In this document: piece after piece, positions 63,707-64,000 of the stretch
Numbering within the stretch: the first letter of the stretch is position 1
Layout: every line of letters begins with the position of its first letter
Assembly (NCBI GenBank): GCA_964512225.1
Contig: CAZEKB010000030.1
Span: forward strand, 2,374-66,373
DNA from: an uncultured Rickettsiales bacterium
Lineage (GTDB): Bacteria; Myxococcota_A; UBA796; UBA9615
Direction of reading: 5' to 3'
DNA: 64,000 nt
Position numbers and translations under genes: made by a program
Notes under the pieces: model-generated
The model's database searches: none
The model's input: the letters and a program-made list of their open reading frames with translations, nothing else
Told to the model about the DNA's origin: nothing

Positions 63707-63991
63707 TCAGTCCCGTGTCATCGACCGGACGCCGCACTCCACGTGGGTGTCGGCGGTGACCTCGTCCGTCCAGAAGTCGAGGCGGAGGGTCTCGTCGCCC
63801 GCGTCCTGGAGGCTCACGAACACCCGGTTCTGCACGCAGTCGACCTCGGACCGACCCTCGACGTCGATGACGAGGTTCTCGAAGTACACCGCGCACCGGA
63901 TGTCGGGCTCGAAGTCGCAGTACAGATCGCCGGTCCCGCGACCGCCCACGTCCACCACGACCTGCGCCCGGCCCCCGCCCTCGGTGCTCAT
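63707..63991 (-). CDS. Small acidic hypothetical protein (94 aa).
   Basis: ORF 63707..63991 reads MSTEGGGRAQVVVDVGGRGTGDLYCDFEPDIRCAVYFENLVIDVEGRSEVDCVQNRVFVSLQDAGDETLRL..., with protein-like composition. No motif. Close to the window edge. Confidence 0.3.
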   Translation of the reverse strand: MSTEGGGRAQVVVDVGGRGTGDLYCDFEPDIRCAVYFENLVIDVEGRSEVDCVQNRVFVSLQDAGDETLRLDFWTDEVTADTHVECGVRSMTRD

Positions 63992-64000
63992 GTCGTACGC

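Overview
This 64 kb window is very high-GC (about 70% or more over most of its length) and looks like bacterial chromosome from a Myxococcota-type organism. The lineage call rests on one MYXO-CTERM sorting signal, MopE-like Cys/Asp metal-binding motifs with FG-GAP repeats, many lipoproteins carrying poly-Asp tracts after the lipobox, and strong codon bias. The high GC produces many long spurious ORFs, so every gene was called from recognisable protein motifs and not from ORF length. All calls rest on motifs read by eye; no database searches were run. Coordinates were derived by hand, and several hand-copied positions had to be corrected against the ORF track during annotation, so some unverified coordinates may still be off by 1-3 nt.

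Identified contents, in order:
- A CapA-family gene, followed by a secreted-protein gene truncated at the window start.
- A REP/BIME-like hairpin repeat array abutting an IS630-family insertion sequence whose transposase is frameshifted.
- An aerobic benzoyl-CoA (box) cluster: a divergent BoxR/BzdR-type regulator (HTH plus shikimate-kinase-like domain), then boxC-boxB-boxD. No boxA or benzoate-CoA ligase is present within the window.
- A lower-GC minus-strand cluster of three radical-SAM/SPASM enzymes, one fused to a GT4 glycosyltransferase, followed by a GNAT plus methyltransferase fusion, with no detectable precursor peptide.
- An ABC-F ATPase and a TyrA-type prephenate dehydrogenase/chorismate mutase.
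- A periplasmic redox operon: diheme cytochrome c, a membrane protein, a second (frameshifted) cytochrome c, a DsbD-N-like protein and a thioredoxin-like protein.
- A PAS-GGDEF-EAL protein split by a frameshift in a C-run.
- Lipoproteins of several kinds: ricin-lectin, vWA, FG-GAP and LRR-like; plus a large zincin metalloprotease.
- A YyaL thioredoxin-domain protein, KamA/EpmB, galE, a GT2 glycosyltransferase, a methyltransferase, an orphan GspE/GspF pair, a patatin, Lon and a family III CoA-transferase.

The most unusual element is a roughly 2 kb island of clearly lower GC (about 60%) at 31753..33701. It encodes a small single-HKD phospholipase-D-family nuclease (Nuc-like) translationally coupled to a 491-aa P-loop NTPase with SF3-helicase-like motifs (GPSHTGKS, LVFDD, IIVSSN). 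It is wedged between unrelated high-GC genes on the opposite strand. Next to it lies a second copy of the same hairpin repeat array that abuts the IS630. I read it as a candidate uncharacterised nuclease plus ATPase module (defence-like or relic mobile element).
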